A DNA stretch of 64,000 bases from Podospora anserina (lineage: Eukaryota): positions 3,720,001 through 3,784,000 of the forward strand of contig CM030335.1 in assembly GCA_017654855.1 (NCBI GenBank), given 5' to 3'. The stretch's first letter is position 1; every line of letters starts with the position of its first letter. Below, in pieces: positions 51,601 through 63,469 of this stretch. A program made the position numbers and the translations under genes. The notes below the pieces were generated by a model. The model was not told the DNA's origin and did no database searches. It saw only the letters and a list, made by a program, of their open reading frames with translations.

Positions 51601-53361
51601 TCATTTGGACACATGTCTAACAGGAATGAGCCGAATATTCAGCGGCTTCTTGACCCAGAGACCAAATGACTTTGCCTTCGGAAACATTTGTGACTTTTCG
51701 TCGGCCAGAGCCAAGTCAAAGTTCCAGATGAACCTTGCTAGGATGACCCGCATTTCGACGTATGCCAAACTATTGCATCGTAGTCAGAATAAGTCCCCAG
51801 GCTAGGTAAAGCTATGTAGGCGATACTTACTTTTTGCCAATGCAGTTTCGTGGGCCAACTGAAAATGGCTGCAGTGCACTGTGTCTACTCTTGTCGAACA
51901 CTATGCCTTCAAAGCTATCTCCTCCAAGCCAACGCTCGGGGATGAACTTGTCGGGCTCAGTGAAGTTGCGGGAAAGGTGGTTCACAGCCCACGGCCAGAT
52001 CTCGAGGCCGGTCTTGAATCAGTTCTTGGTTAGCTGGCTATGCGTCATATTTGTTTGCGAGCGTAGGACATGAGCTTACATTCTCTGGAATTTGCCATCC
52101 CAGAATCACGTCCCCACCTTTGGCCGCCTTGCGTGGAAGATTGGCCGGTACAGGCGGGAATAATCTCATTGCTTCGTCCAAAACGGCAAGCATATATGTC
52201 AATCTGTTGACACTGAAGAAGTTGATCTCATCTTCGCTTTTGAACTGACCTCTGACCTCCTCTGCCAGCCTTGTCTGCACGCGGTGGTATGTCGCCAGGT
52301 AATATGTTGTTGCCGACAGCGCAGTAGCCGTGGTTTCGCTTCCTGCCAGAATCAACAGCCTTGCGTTCATTGCCATCTCTTCTATTGTCAAGGGTCTTCC
52401 GTTGTTGGCCTTGGATCCGTTGGTCAGGGCCTGAACGAAGTCCGGTCTTTCAACACCAGAGTTGAGTCGCTTGACCACCTGGACGCGGGCGAATTCAGCC
52501 TGTTCATTGGTATGCTTTGCTGGGTGGTGCCAAGGGGTCAGAACCTTGACGACTCTGGAAAAACTGGGGAAAAACCAGTTCATAACCAGCAACATGGCGA
52601 ATTCCTTGACGCCCTTGAGGATGGCCGTGACCCAGGGGTGGTATGAACTGCTCTCCAAGCAACCAAATGGAGCACCGAACGACAGGTCACCAATGATATC
52701 AAAGGTTGTAAAGTTGAACCAGGCGCCCATGTCCGTAACGGCCTCTTCTCGTCCTCCCTTGGTCAATTCCTGCAGACGATCCATCAGCAGGTCGATGTAC
52801 TGCGTGATAAGGGGTTGCTGGTCCTGCATCGCTTTTGCTGAGAATCCGTGGCTCAGGATCTTACGGAAGCGGCTGTGATCCTCACGGTTCGCGCCCAAGA
52901 TGTTGTGCATCGACATCTTGTAGAAAACAGGGTCCTTTCCGTGTTCTGGTTGACCAGCCTTGCGGTGGCCTCGAATGGCATTGTAAGCGTCGGGATGTGC
53001 AAAGGAGACACGATTTGGTGCAACGCGGATGACGTCGCCGTATCTCTCGTGCAATCGGTGAATGTTACTCGACATTCGTCCTGAAAGCCATGCTCGGGTG
53101 TATGGTATCGGCGTCGCCGCCCAAAGCTTTGGACCGGGAAGAGATCGAAGAGGATGGAGGAGCAGGTTGTAGAGGACTGTAGATAATAGTATCATGATAG
53201 TCTATACCGAAAAGCATTGATCGAGTCAGAAATAGGCGCTCAGGTCAATATAAAGCAACGCGAAGTGTTGGAGAATGGAGATTTCCTACCGCCCCAGCAA
53301 GCCATGTTGGCCAAGCAATGAATGGATACGTCCCGAGAGAAATTCTGTCAAGAATTGTCAT
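51601..53361 (-). CDS. Cytochrome P450, CYP65/Tri11-like
   Basis: HPLRSLPGPKLWA, FNFTTFDIIGDLSFG, I-helix LILAGSETT, ExxR (EAMR), PERW and heme motif PFSVGPRNCIGK. Three introns. Confidence 0.9.
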
Positions 53362-54806
53362 GGTGCAGCTCGTAAAGGATGGGGTTTATTGTCAAGGTAA
53401 GTATTGGGGGAGAAAGGTGGCTCTGAGGTTCAATAAGTAAGGTAGGTGTCGCCATCACTCGCTGTAATCACCCGTTGCATAACGTGTAATGTGTTCGGGC
53501 ATAGGACGGCAGTGTTGGCATGCCACATTGTTCCTGCGGTCGGAGGAAAAGGGATTCGAAGAAGGTACAACAGACACCATCATCAGGGAACGTCAACGTC
53601 GGCGTTAACACATTTAGTCATCAGCCTCGGTGCAAGGAATTGACCGTCGAATCGATACGCCCCGTCGTATCGCCATGTTGTACACCTCCACTAGGTGTTG
53701 CTCATTGAGAGTGTGACTAGGTGCTCATTTCGACAGTTCCACAGTCATTGCGACGTGAGATGTGGGCAACATGAACATAATTCATCATCATTCACTCAAC
53801 GTTGTACTCGCGCTCAACGGTTCCATTCAGCACCGAATGATCGTCAGCGCGTCGTTAAGTTTACCACTGTCGGCAATTCGTAATACAGTAATCATCTCAG
53901 GCTCGTCTTGCCCCTACGTTGACAACCTCCAACATCGATTTCGAGCCGCGTCTGCTCGGCAACCGCTAATGTCAGGTCGCACACAAACAATATCATATGT
54001 CTGCTAGAATTATGGTCATATAAGGTAATTCTGGAAACATACTCGAATAGCGAGGTAGGTACTTGAAGTTCAGGCAGGACACCACCAAATGATTCCAATA
54101 TTTCACCTTTCGGCCTCTTCAGAGGCAACCGCAACATTCCACCGGGCAGGCTGGTAAATCATTGGAAAGTGAAAAAGGACCGCAGGTAGTGCCAAATTCA
54201 GCAGCCCAGAACCATTGCTGGTCCATCTCGATGCTTTCGGCGGGCCCTCCGAACTACACATAGATTTGTTTTCAGACACACTTCACGGTGAGCAAACCCT
54301 CCTACTATCGGGGGTGGGTTTTGCTGGAGCGTCGTACAACTAAGTAACACGTCACAGAAACTGCGCGCAATATTTGGCCTAGTACAATGATTCGCTTCAT
54401 TGCTTCCGACTGCAACCCCTCGTAGACACGTGCCATGCCAGACCTCCGAGCTGTCTCCAACAATCGATAGCTACCTACTTCAGACGACACCCATCAGCTC
54501 CCCCACCAAGCTCACCTCGCACTAAGCTGTCCTTAGTGGCGGCAAGCAAATCTGCTGCCGAGACGGGACCATGCGGGGCCTTTACCCGCTCAACTTCATC
54601 CGGGAAATCGACCTGGCCATGTTATGGTCTCGACATCCTTTGTCAGCTGGTGGGCAGCGACATGGCTGCTGGTTGTGCGAACTTCGTTATATCCTGATTG
54701 CATTTGTCCGCTGAGACACTCACCACCCACACACGACACTACCTGCCATTGGACTACCTAGTTACCACACCTCCAGTTCGCCATCGTGGGTGGGAAACTG
54801 CAAGCC

Positions 54807-56698
54807 ATGCTCGCAGACAGGCTTTTGGACAATATCATATTGGCCAAGTGCCAGTTGGCCATTGCCGACGTCGGTATTGACAATGTCGTCCTCGGGTTGT
54901 TGACCGTCGCAGTCATTGCTGTTGCAGTCGACTACGCGCACATGCTCTATCTGAGATCAAAGATGCCACCTGGGCCCTTCCCGCTACCCATTGTTGGCAA
55001 CACATTCTCGCTCCCAGACAACAAGCCATGGATCTACTTTGAGGAGCTGTCCAAGAGATACAACACACCACTTATCACATACTGGATTGGGCGGCAAGTA
55101 CCTAGGTAGCTTTCACAAACCAACAATCGAGTTGCTAACGCCCTGTTCACGCAGGAATCCCACACTTTGGATCAACGAAGCTTGGTGTGCCCATGAGATA
55201 TTTGAGAAGAAGGCTCAAATCTACACTTCAAGGCCTCGGATGATTGTTTTTGGAGAGCTAGGTTCGGGTCAGTCAAACCTGGTGACGATGCAAATTCGTA
55301 ACCAAGAGGAGCGCGAGCGATGGCGAATTCACCGCAAGCTGATGCACATTGGAGTTGGCGTGCAGTCGGTCCGGGGGTATCGCGCTATCCAGAACAATGA
55401 AAGTAAAATCATTGCCTTGGACTTTCTGAGGGAGCCCAAGGAGTACGTCAAGCACCTGGAGAGGTATGCCACGAGCGTCGTGTCTATCATTGCGTTTGGG
55501 CGAAGGGTTGCCAGCTACAATGACCCCATCATCACGGAGGTTATTGCCTTGATGCAGCTGGCAGCTGATCTCAACGTTCCCGGCAAGTCTTTCCCCATGC
55601 TGCTCGAGACGTTTCCTAGTGAGTATCCCTGTCCTGTTCAGACATGCGGAAAGCCGACTGACCAAATCAGTCCTTGCCAAGTTTCCGCGATTCATGCCGT
55701 GGTTCAAGGGACTCGGAAGCCGTAACTCAAAAGGCGGTCACTACTTCTTCTACACGCTGGCCGAGGAGGCTATCGAGCAGTACAACCAAAAGTCCCCTTC
55801 GGAACAAGCCAGCATGCCTACGCCCTATGTCAAGACTCTGTTCGAAGAAGCTGATAAGTACAAGTTGCCAGTCGCCGAGCTCTCAGGTTTGACCGGAAAC
55901 CTCTTTGGTGCCGGGGCCGACACATCCTCAAGCACACTTGTCAGCTTTATCTTGGCATGCTGCGCATTTCCAGAGACTGTGAAGAAGGCCCAGGAAGAGC
56001 TCGACCGGGTGATCGGGCCGAATCGCTCACCACACTGGGACGACTCACCAAACCTGTCTTACATCAACGCCTTTGTACGAGAAGTGCTTCGCTGGAGAAG
56101 CGTAGCTATCATTGGTGGCCAACCTCATTCGCCCACCCAAGATGACACCTACAATGGCTGGCTCATACCCAAGGGTTCCTGGATCCAAGGCAACGTCTGG
56201 GCCATTCACCATCATGAGAGAGAGTTTCCAGACCCGGACCGTTTCTACCCAGACCGATATCTGGAGGGCAATGATTACAAGCGCCCGTTCCCTAATGACA
56301 AAGGCTACATGACCTTTGGCTGGGGGAGGCGTGTGTGCAGCGGACAAGCACTCGCGGAACAGGGAACATGGATCAGTGTTGCTCGACTGTTATGGGGGTT
56401 CAACATCCGTAAAGCTCGTGACCCCACGACAGGCAAGGAGATCGATGTGGACATCTTTGCCTTCACCAACGGTCTGAACATGCGGCCCCAGCCGTTCCCC
56501 TGCGAGATCGTGCCAAGGAGCCAGGAGATCAAGGAAGCTATCGAGCGGGAGGGGCGGCAAGCGTTGCAAGATCTCAAAATCCATGACGGGGAGAGTCAAT
56601 ACAGGATGAGCACGTTCTACCAGCAACAAAAGAAAAAGGTGGCTCAGGAGCCCATCATCGATGAGAAGGGCAACGTCAGGTTTGTCAAGGTCGGGTAG
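54807..56698 (+). CDS. Cytochrome P450 (CYP64-like clan; aromatic hydroxylase-like)
   Basis: PPGPFPLPIVGN, GAGADT, EVLR, PDRF and heme motif FGWGRRVCSG. Introns at 55094-55154 (probable GC donor) and about 55619-55670. Confidence 0.93.
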
Positions 56699-57271
56699 TG
56701 ACCTCATGCAAGAAAGCACAAGGGATAATAGGGAGAGTCTAGTGAAAGAGGCAAAACTGAAACTTTATTGATACAACGCCCTTGCACACAAGTAACCACG
56801 CCAATGCCGTTGTTTGGATGTCATGACATGGTTTAAACCTTCGAACAGTTTTAGTTATCTCGAGGTACCCCCGAGACTTCTGACCACAGACTAAAACATG
56901 GTCAAAATGGCGGTTTTACGTTATAAAAAATATCACGGGATATGACCGTCGCAGCGATACATGAAATGAAGAGCATTCAAGTCGAAGCAATCGAAGGCGG
57001 TTGTGGTAGGCGAGTAACCCTAACCCTGTAATGCCCCTGAACCCCTGAGAACCGGAAAACAACACCCAGTGTACCTACTCCAACAAAGGACATGGCTTGT
57101 CAAAAAACGGCCCTGCATGTTCTGTGTTAGCGTAGGCGACGTCACGCGGGCAGTTCTCCATTCAACGCAAGCTTTTCTTTCCCTTTTTCTTTCAGCTTCA
57201 GTTTGGAGAAATCGCGGCACTGGCGACGATCGTATGGGCATGTGGCAATCCCCAAGACCTGGTCACCTGGG

Positions 57272-57294
57272 ATGCGGGGGTGTATTCCCCGCAT
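57272..57294. promoter_or_regulatory. Inverted pair of CreA/CRE-1-type sites (ATGCGGGG-N7-CCCCGCAT)
   Basis: Perfect 8-bp inverted repeat. Each arm matches SYGGRG. It lies about 490 bp upstream of the FAD monooxygenase ATG. Confidence 0.5.
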
Positions 57295-57779
57295 TCACAG
57301 TGAGCGCGTTCTCCACGGTCATGGGAAAACGCGTGACGCCCACGCCGAGAACGACTTCATACGCTTGGTTGCTGTTCAGCTGTTGGGGGCACCTATTCGG
57401 CATCTGATGTGAGGGGCACACTACCAACATGTCGGATCATGGTGTCAGCGTGGAGGCGAGGAAATCCCGATCCGGAAATCCAACAGTTCTTCGGAGGCAG
57501 ACAAGGAGAGAGGGAAACGCTGACCGGGGCCGGCACGTCAATAGCCTGATTGCCAAATTCGGGGACAACTTTATGATGAGGGTCGTGCGGTACCAGCAAA
57601 TTGCCATGCATAAGAGACTGGTCCCCATCATGTAGCAGTTGACGTTGCAGTACATCCAAGTTACAGATATAAGCCGTTGATAGACGCAACAAACCACCCA
57701 CGCACCCGTTTCATAGCCAGACTTATCACCATACCTACCTTCTCCAACCGCCAGACCAACACCACAGAGACTCACAATC

Positions 57780-59154
57780 ATGGCCCCCACGCCCACCGGC
57801 ATCAACGTGATAATTGTCGGCGCCGGCTTCGGTGGCCTTACAGCAGCAATCGAGTGCCACCGACAAGGCCACAACGTCACCATCTACGAGAACTTCCCCG
57901 CTCTCAAGACACTCGGCGACATCATCTCCTTTGGTGCCAACGGCGGGCGTATCTTTGCCCGCTGGGCCGACGGCGCCATTGCCAGAAAGCTCCGTTCCCT
58001 CTGCATCGACCTCACAGACTACGGCTTCCGCATTCACAAGTACGACACGGGTGAGGTAGTCTACCACCAACCCACCCCACCCCAGCGCGAGGAGGCGCCC
58101 GTCTTCAATGGCCACCGCGGTGAGCTGCATGAGGTGGTGTTCAACTACGCCAGGGACGAACTCGGCATCCCGATCCACCTCGGCCAACACGTCGATGAGT
58201 ACTTTGAAACAGAGGACAAGGCCGGAATCGTACTCAAGTCTGGAGAGCGGGTCGAGGCCGACATTGTCATTGGGGCTGATGGCGTCAGATCAAAGGCGAG
58301 GGAGCTTGTTCTTGGGTACGTGGACAAGCCCAAGAGCAGCGGCTATGCTGTCTGGCGGGCGTGGTTCTCTAACAAGGACATGATTGCCGACCCACGCACC
58401 AAGGAGTTTTGTGAGAATGGGGATACCTTCAACGGCTGGATCGGGCCCGACGTGCACTTCCTCTTCAGCACAATCAAGGGCGGCAAGGATTGCTGTTGGG
58501 TGCTCACCCACAAAGATGAGCACGACATCGATGAGTCGTGGTCTTTCCCGGGCAAGCTGGAAGACGTGTACAAGGTTTTGGAGGGGTGGGATCCCGTTTG
58601 CAAGGCCATCGTGGAGAAGACCCCGAGCTTGGTGGACTGGAAGTTGGTCTACCGAGACCCCCTGCCCACCTGGGTGAGCAAGCACGCGCGGATTCTGCTC
58701 TTGGGTGACGCTGCCCACCCATTCTTGCCTACCAGTGCCCAGGGAGCCACTCAAGCGATGGAGGATGGTGTCACGATTGCCGTGGCCTTGAAGCGCGGGG
58801 GGAAGGATGGTGTCCCAGCTGCAGTGAGGGCTCACCAAGAGCTCAGGTATGTTCAGCAACGTTTCGAGTCTGGATTGGGTGTTCCGCTAACATGACAACA
58901 GATATGAACGCGTTAGAGCTGTGCAAAAGACTGGCGAGTCCACTCGCGACAGATGGCACAAGACGGACTGGGAAACTGTTAAACAAAACCCGAAGAGCAT
59001 TGAGTTCCCACGAGAGGACTGGATCCATGGCTTTGACGCTGAAAAGTACGCAGAGGATAATTACGACGAGGCGATCAAGAAGCTGGCAATTAAGCAGGAG
59101 CCAGAGGAGGAAACCGCTCCGTTGGCAGCTGTGCCTCCTGCTGTAGTGGTTTAG
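57780..59154 (+). CDS. FAD-dependent aromatic monooxygenase (salicylate hydroxylase/MAK1-like, group A)
   Basis: VIIVGAGFGGL, GADGVRS (DG motif) and LLGDAAHPFLPTSAQGATQAMED (GD motif). Intron at 58847-58901. Confidence 0.93.
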
Positions 59155-59362
59155 AATTTCGTTACCTTGGGTACCTAGTCATGAAGTCCAGTCGTGGCGC
59201 TTGGGAGCATGTTTTGCTTGAGCTGTAGAGGTAGTTTCCAATATCATCCGTGTTGAACAGGATGCCTTTGTTTTATGTGAAAACCCTAGTTGAAAACGGA
59301 TATGCTCCTGGCCAACCCTCTAGCTACCTGTCAGTAATTGCATAGAGATATCTACGTACAAT

Positions 59363-60939
59363 TCACTCTTCTTCCAAGGCCATGATAACGCTCTTCACCT
59401 CCAGAAAGTTGTCCATGCTGCACAATGCACCCTCGCGCCCCTGTCCACTTCCCTTGTACCCACCAAAAGGTAGGTCATATGCAGTATTCGGGCTGGTGGT
59501 GTTGATGCCCACATATCCGCTCTCCAGCGCTTGTACGACTCTCATGGCTCTGCTGATGTCCTTGGTGAAGACCGAGGCATACAACCCAAACTCGGTATCA
59601 TTCGCCTTGGCAATGGCCTCCTTCTCGGTCTCAAAGGTGTTGATGATAACCACTGGCCCAAACACCTCTTCCTTGGTTATTTTAGCCTCCTCTGGGGTAT
59701 TCAGGAAGATGGTCGGTTCGATAAAGTATCCATTCGAGGTCTCCAACTTTCCAGACCCCCCAAGAGCGAGAGTGGCGCCCGAGTCTTTCGCCGAGTTGAT
59801 GTAAGAAAGCACATGCTTGTACTGAAGCTCATCTGCCTGGGGGCCATGATTCGTCTCTTTGTCCAAAGGGTTGCCTGACTTGACGCTCGAGCTGTAGCTA
59901 ACTTTGAACTGCTCGACGAATTTCTCGGCGATGGTTGACTGTACGTAGATGCGGGAATTGGCCATGCAAACCTGCCCAGAGTTGAACTGCATGCTCCAGC
60001 GGGTCTGGGCAACCGCCTTCTCGAGGTTTGCGTCGTCGAAGATGATGGCGGGTGACTTGCCTCCAAGCTCGAGAATGACCTTCTTGAGATTTGTTCGCGC
60101 CGCCTCCTCCTGGATGAGCTTTCCCGTACGGCTCGAGCCTGTAAAGCTCAGTGCCCTGACGTCCATGTGGCGGGACAGGATCTGACCAGAGGGGATGCCA
60201 TGACCGGAGAGAACATTGAAGACCCCCGGCGGGAAGCCTGCTTCTTTGACGAGCTTGGCGATTCGAGCAACTGCCAGAGGCGCCTTCTCCGAAGTTTTGA
60301 GAACAATAGTGTTTCCCGTTATCAGCGCTGGCGCTGACTTGGACGCAAAAAAGTGCACTGGCACATTCCACGGAATGATGAGAGCTACCACCCCGAATGG
60401 CTGGCGAAGCGTCATGGTGACATGACCAGGGGTGTTGACACTGGCCTGGCCCTGAATATGGGGCCAGGCCTCGGCGTAGTGGTCATATTGCCCGGCTGCG
60501 GATTCGGCGAAGAAGTGGGTAGAAACGGGCATCCCCATCGCCACAGCGTCCAGCTTGGCAATTTCATCTCTGTGCTCCCGGATAAGAGCGGCGAGCTTCT
60601 TTAGGTAAACAGCACGTTTTGCTGGACCCAGCGCTGACCAAGCGGGGAAGGCTGCTTTGGCTGCAGCCACCGCTCTATTGGTGTCATCTGCGGTAGCTTC
60701 AGGAACTGCGCACCGTCATCAGCTGATGTTCTCGTTAAATTGGAAAAAGTGGGCGGTTATTTACCTTCTCCTGACACTTCTCTAGTGGCGGGATTGTAAA
60801 CAGAAAATGTCTTGCCATCCGAGGCTTCAACGAGCTAAAGGTATGTCAGTGGGTGCTTCTAGGTACTTGGCAACGATGGGAATCACACCTCTCCATCTAT
60901 CAACATCCGTGGCCGGATGGGACTGGTGCTAAATGCCAT
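59363..60939 (-). CDS. NAD(P)+-dependent aldehyde dehydrogenase
   Basis: IIPWN, KTSE, FTGS, LELGGKSP, catalytic Cys in FNSGQVC, EEVFGP and PFGGYKGSG. Introns at 60706-60764 and 60835-60888; start MAFSTSPIRPRMLIDGE. Confidence 0.95.
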
Positions 60940-62319
60940 CCTGGCTTGATTCTGAGGTTATGTCACTGATACAGTGTAAAGGGGGCGGAATTCACACCAA
61001 ATTGCCGTGAGTCGTGGTAGGCAGGTAGGTACCTTAGGCAATGGTGAAAGAAAGTTTCCACAGGAATTGGCCAGAACATGAAAGTAAACTTGCGATGAAG
61101 TCTTCTTTCGGCGTTAAGTTCCACCGGCATCCATAAGCTAGTTTGATCCACGTCCCTATATCAAGATATGTTAACCCCGCAGTAACATTGTCGCCATTTT
61201 GGGAAGCTGGAACCGGGTAGCTTTATCCGGCTGATTGCAACGAAACAATAGGAAGTGTGAGAGGCGGATGGCGAGGTGACTAAGCGTTGCTGTGACATAA
61301 TACGTGATCACAAGTAGGTAGACATCTAGAGGTTATTCATTCACTACGAGGTTACGCTGTGCATTCACAAGGGTTCTCCACAGAACACTCCCTGTCGGCG
61401 GACCGCTGCTTGGAATCAGATGGTGGACAGGGAGCGTCCCGTCAGGTTGGGAAGCATTTGCGGGAATGAGGCTCCATCGGCAGGGCACCTGCCCCTGGGG
61501 CTGTGGATACCTACTTGGACTCGACATCACGACAATCTCTACCATGTTGCAATTACAGTGATTCACGCCCGACTCCCTCAAACTCGACAAAAGCATACGC
61601 GGCTTACTTTCTCTTTTTGGACCACCAAATCTCGGTCATACTCGTATACGACAGGCAGTGCGTTTAACTGGCGAGTAGAAATCATCACAACGACATCATA
61701 AACGTATGATAGTAGGATCATACGATAAGGTTGTCAACTCGACGAACCAACATTTCGTCTGATGCAGGGATATTTCATGAACCCAAGATGAGCCTTGCCT
61801 GTATTCAACGACCGATCGCTGTTGACGCCACGTGGGATTCCATCCAGCTGGGTTGCTATCTCCACTCTAGGCCAGGGTCCAAAGACGAGGCCATCCCCAA
61901 AATCCCTATCATGGACGAGCGGGCCTTGCGGGGACACTAAGAGTTGGGTCAAACGCTGGATCTTTGTGAGGCTCCATTTTTGACTGCCCAAATTCCCACC
62001 CATGGGTCCATATCTCCGGGCTCGTCACCTTCATCCTGTCGGGCTCGAGGATGCCATTTGCCGTTGGGGATTGGGGGTCCATTCGGGGGGTCGGGGCCCA
62101 TTTACCGCAGACAGCGGGCCGGAACCATTGGCCTTGGCAACAGCCCATGGGTTCATCTCCCGGGATTTGACCCCCCACCCCAGGTGCCAGTTGGGCATGC
62201 TTGTTTTTGGTCATCCTCAAGTCTTTAAAACCTTCAACTGTGCTGCTTGTTTCCACCCTCGAGGTTATATCATTGCCTGCCGTTCGCTCTGTCGCTCAAG
62301 CCAAACTGCACATCGCAAC

Positions 62320-63469
62320 ATGACCTTCCAGAAAGCTCCCAAAGGCACCATCGCCATCGAAGAGGCTGTCCTCGACCCCGCCGGCCTCAGTTGGATCTCT
62401 GCCTCGGCGCCTCTCTTCAACCCAGGACATCGCCAAACACCTCCGCACTCGCCTTCCGGCTCTCCTCCCGGTTCTCCTACCCGTCACTCTCACCTTACAT
62501 CTCTTCTCCAAGATGTCCACACTACCCGCCTTCACCAGATGGACACACATGGCGTGGAATACATGCTTCTGTCTTTAACCTCCCCCGGACCCCAAGGCGA
62601 ATCAGACCCTGCCAAAGCCGCGATCATCGCCCGTGAGGCCAATAACTGGCTTTCAGAGCAAGTGAAACTCAACCCAGCGCGTTTCGGGGGTCTCGCGTCA
62701 GTTTCCATGCACAACTCTGCTGATGCTTCAGCTGAAGCAGTTCGGGCAGTGAAGGAACTGGGATTTTTCGGTCTGATCATCAACGACTACCAGGACTCCT
62801 CACCTGGTGCTCCCAACGCGGACAAGGAAGGCAAGATCTACTACGACGGTGAAGGATTTCACGAGTTTTGGAAGACTGTTGAAGAACTGGACGTGCCAGT
62901 GTACTTGCACCCTCGATACCCGGCGGCACTGGACCTCGAGCCTGGGACCAAATGGGGAGATAGGAAGCAGATTCTCGGGGCTGCGGTTCAGTTCCATTTG
63001 GATCTGAGCACGCATGTGTACGCACTGTGTTCATCGGGCGTATTCGATCTCTTTCCACGAGTCAAGGTCGTTATTGGACACTTGGGAGAAGGGCGAGTCG
63101 TCAATATGTGTCATCTACGTGATTTCAACTGCTAACGTGACGTCCAGGATTCCCTTCAATCTTTGGAGGGCAGACCACTGGTATAACAAACCCGTGAAGA
63201 AGGCCACCCGACCGTCCAAGGAGGACTACACCTACTATTTCACCCACAACATTTCCATCACCACGTCGGGAAACTTTAACGAGCCAGGCCTCAAGTTTTG
63301 CATAGATCAAATTGGAGTGGAACGGTGTCTATTCTCAATTGATTATCCATACGACACCATTGCAGAGGCACAATACTGGTGGCACGGCGTGGACTTGCCA
63401 GCCGATCAGAAAGAGCTGGTAGCAAGGGGAAACGCCATCCGTTTGTTCAAACTGCCATTGGATCCTTGA
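62320..63469 (+). CDS. Amidohydrolase-2 family non-oxidative decarboxylase (2,3-dihydroxybenzoate/salicylate/gamma-resorcylate decarboxylase-like)
   Basis: IAIEEA, YMLLSLTSPG, YLHPR, GHLGEGIPF, TTSGNF, FSIDYPY and NAIRLFKL. GC-AG intron at 63093-63147. Confidence 0.9.

Noticed and set aside
62002-62319. 106-codon in-frame N-terminal extension of the decarboxylase
   Set aside because: It has no recognisable protein features, and family similarity starts at MTFQKAPKGTIAIEEA (ATG at 62320 in a good CAACATG context).
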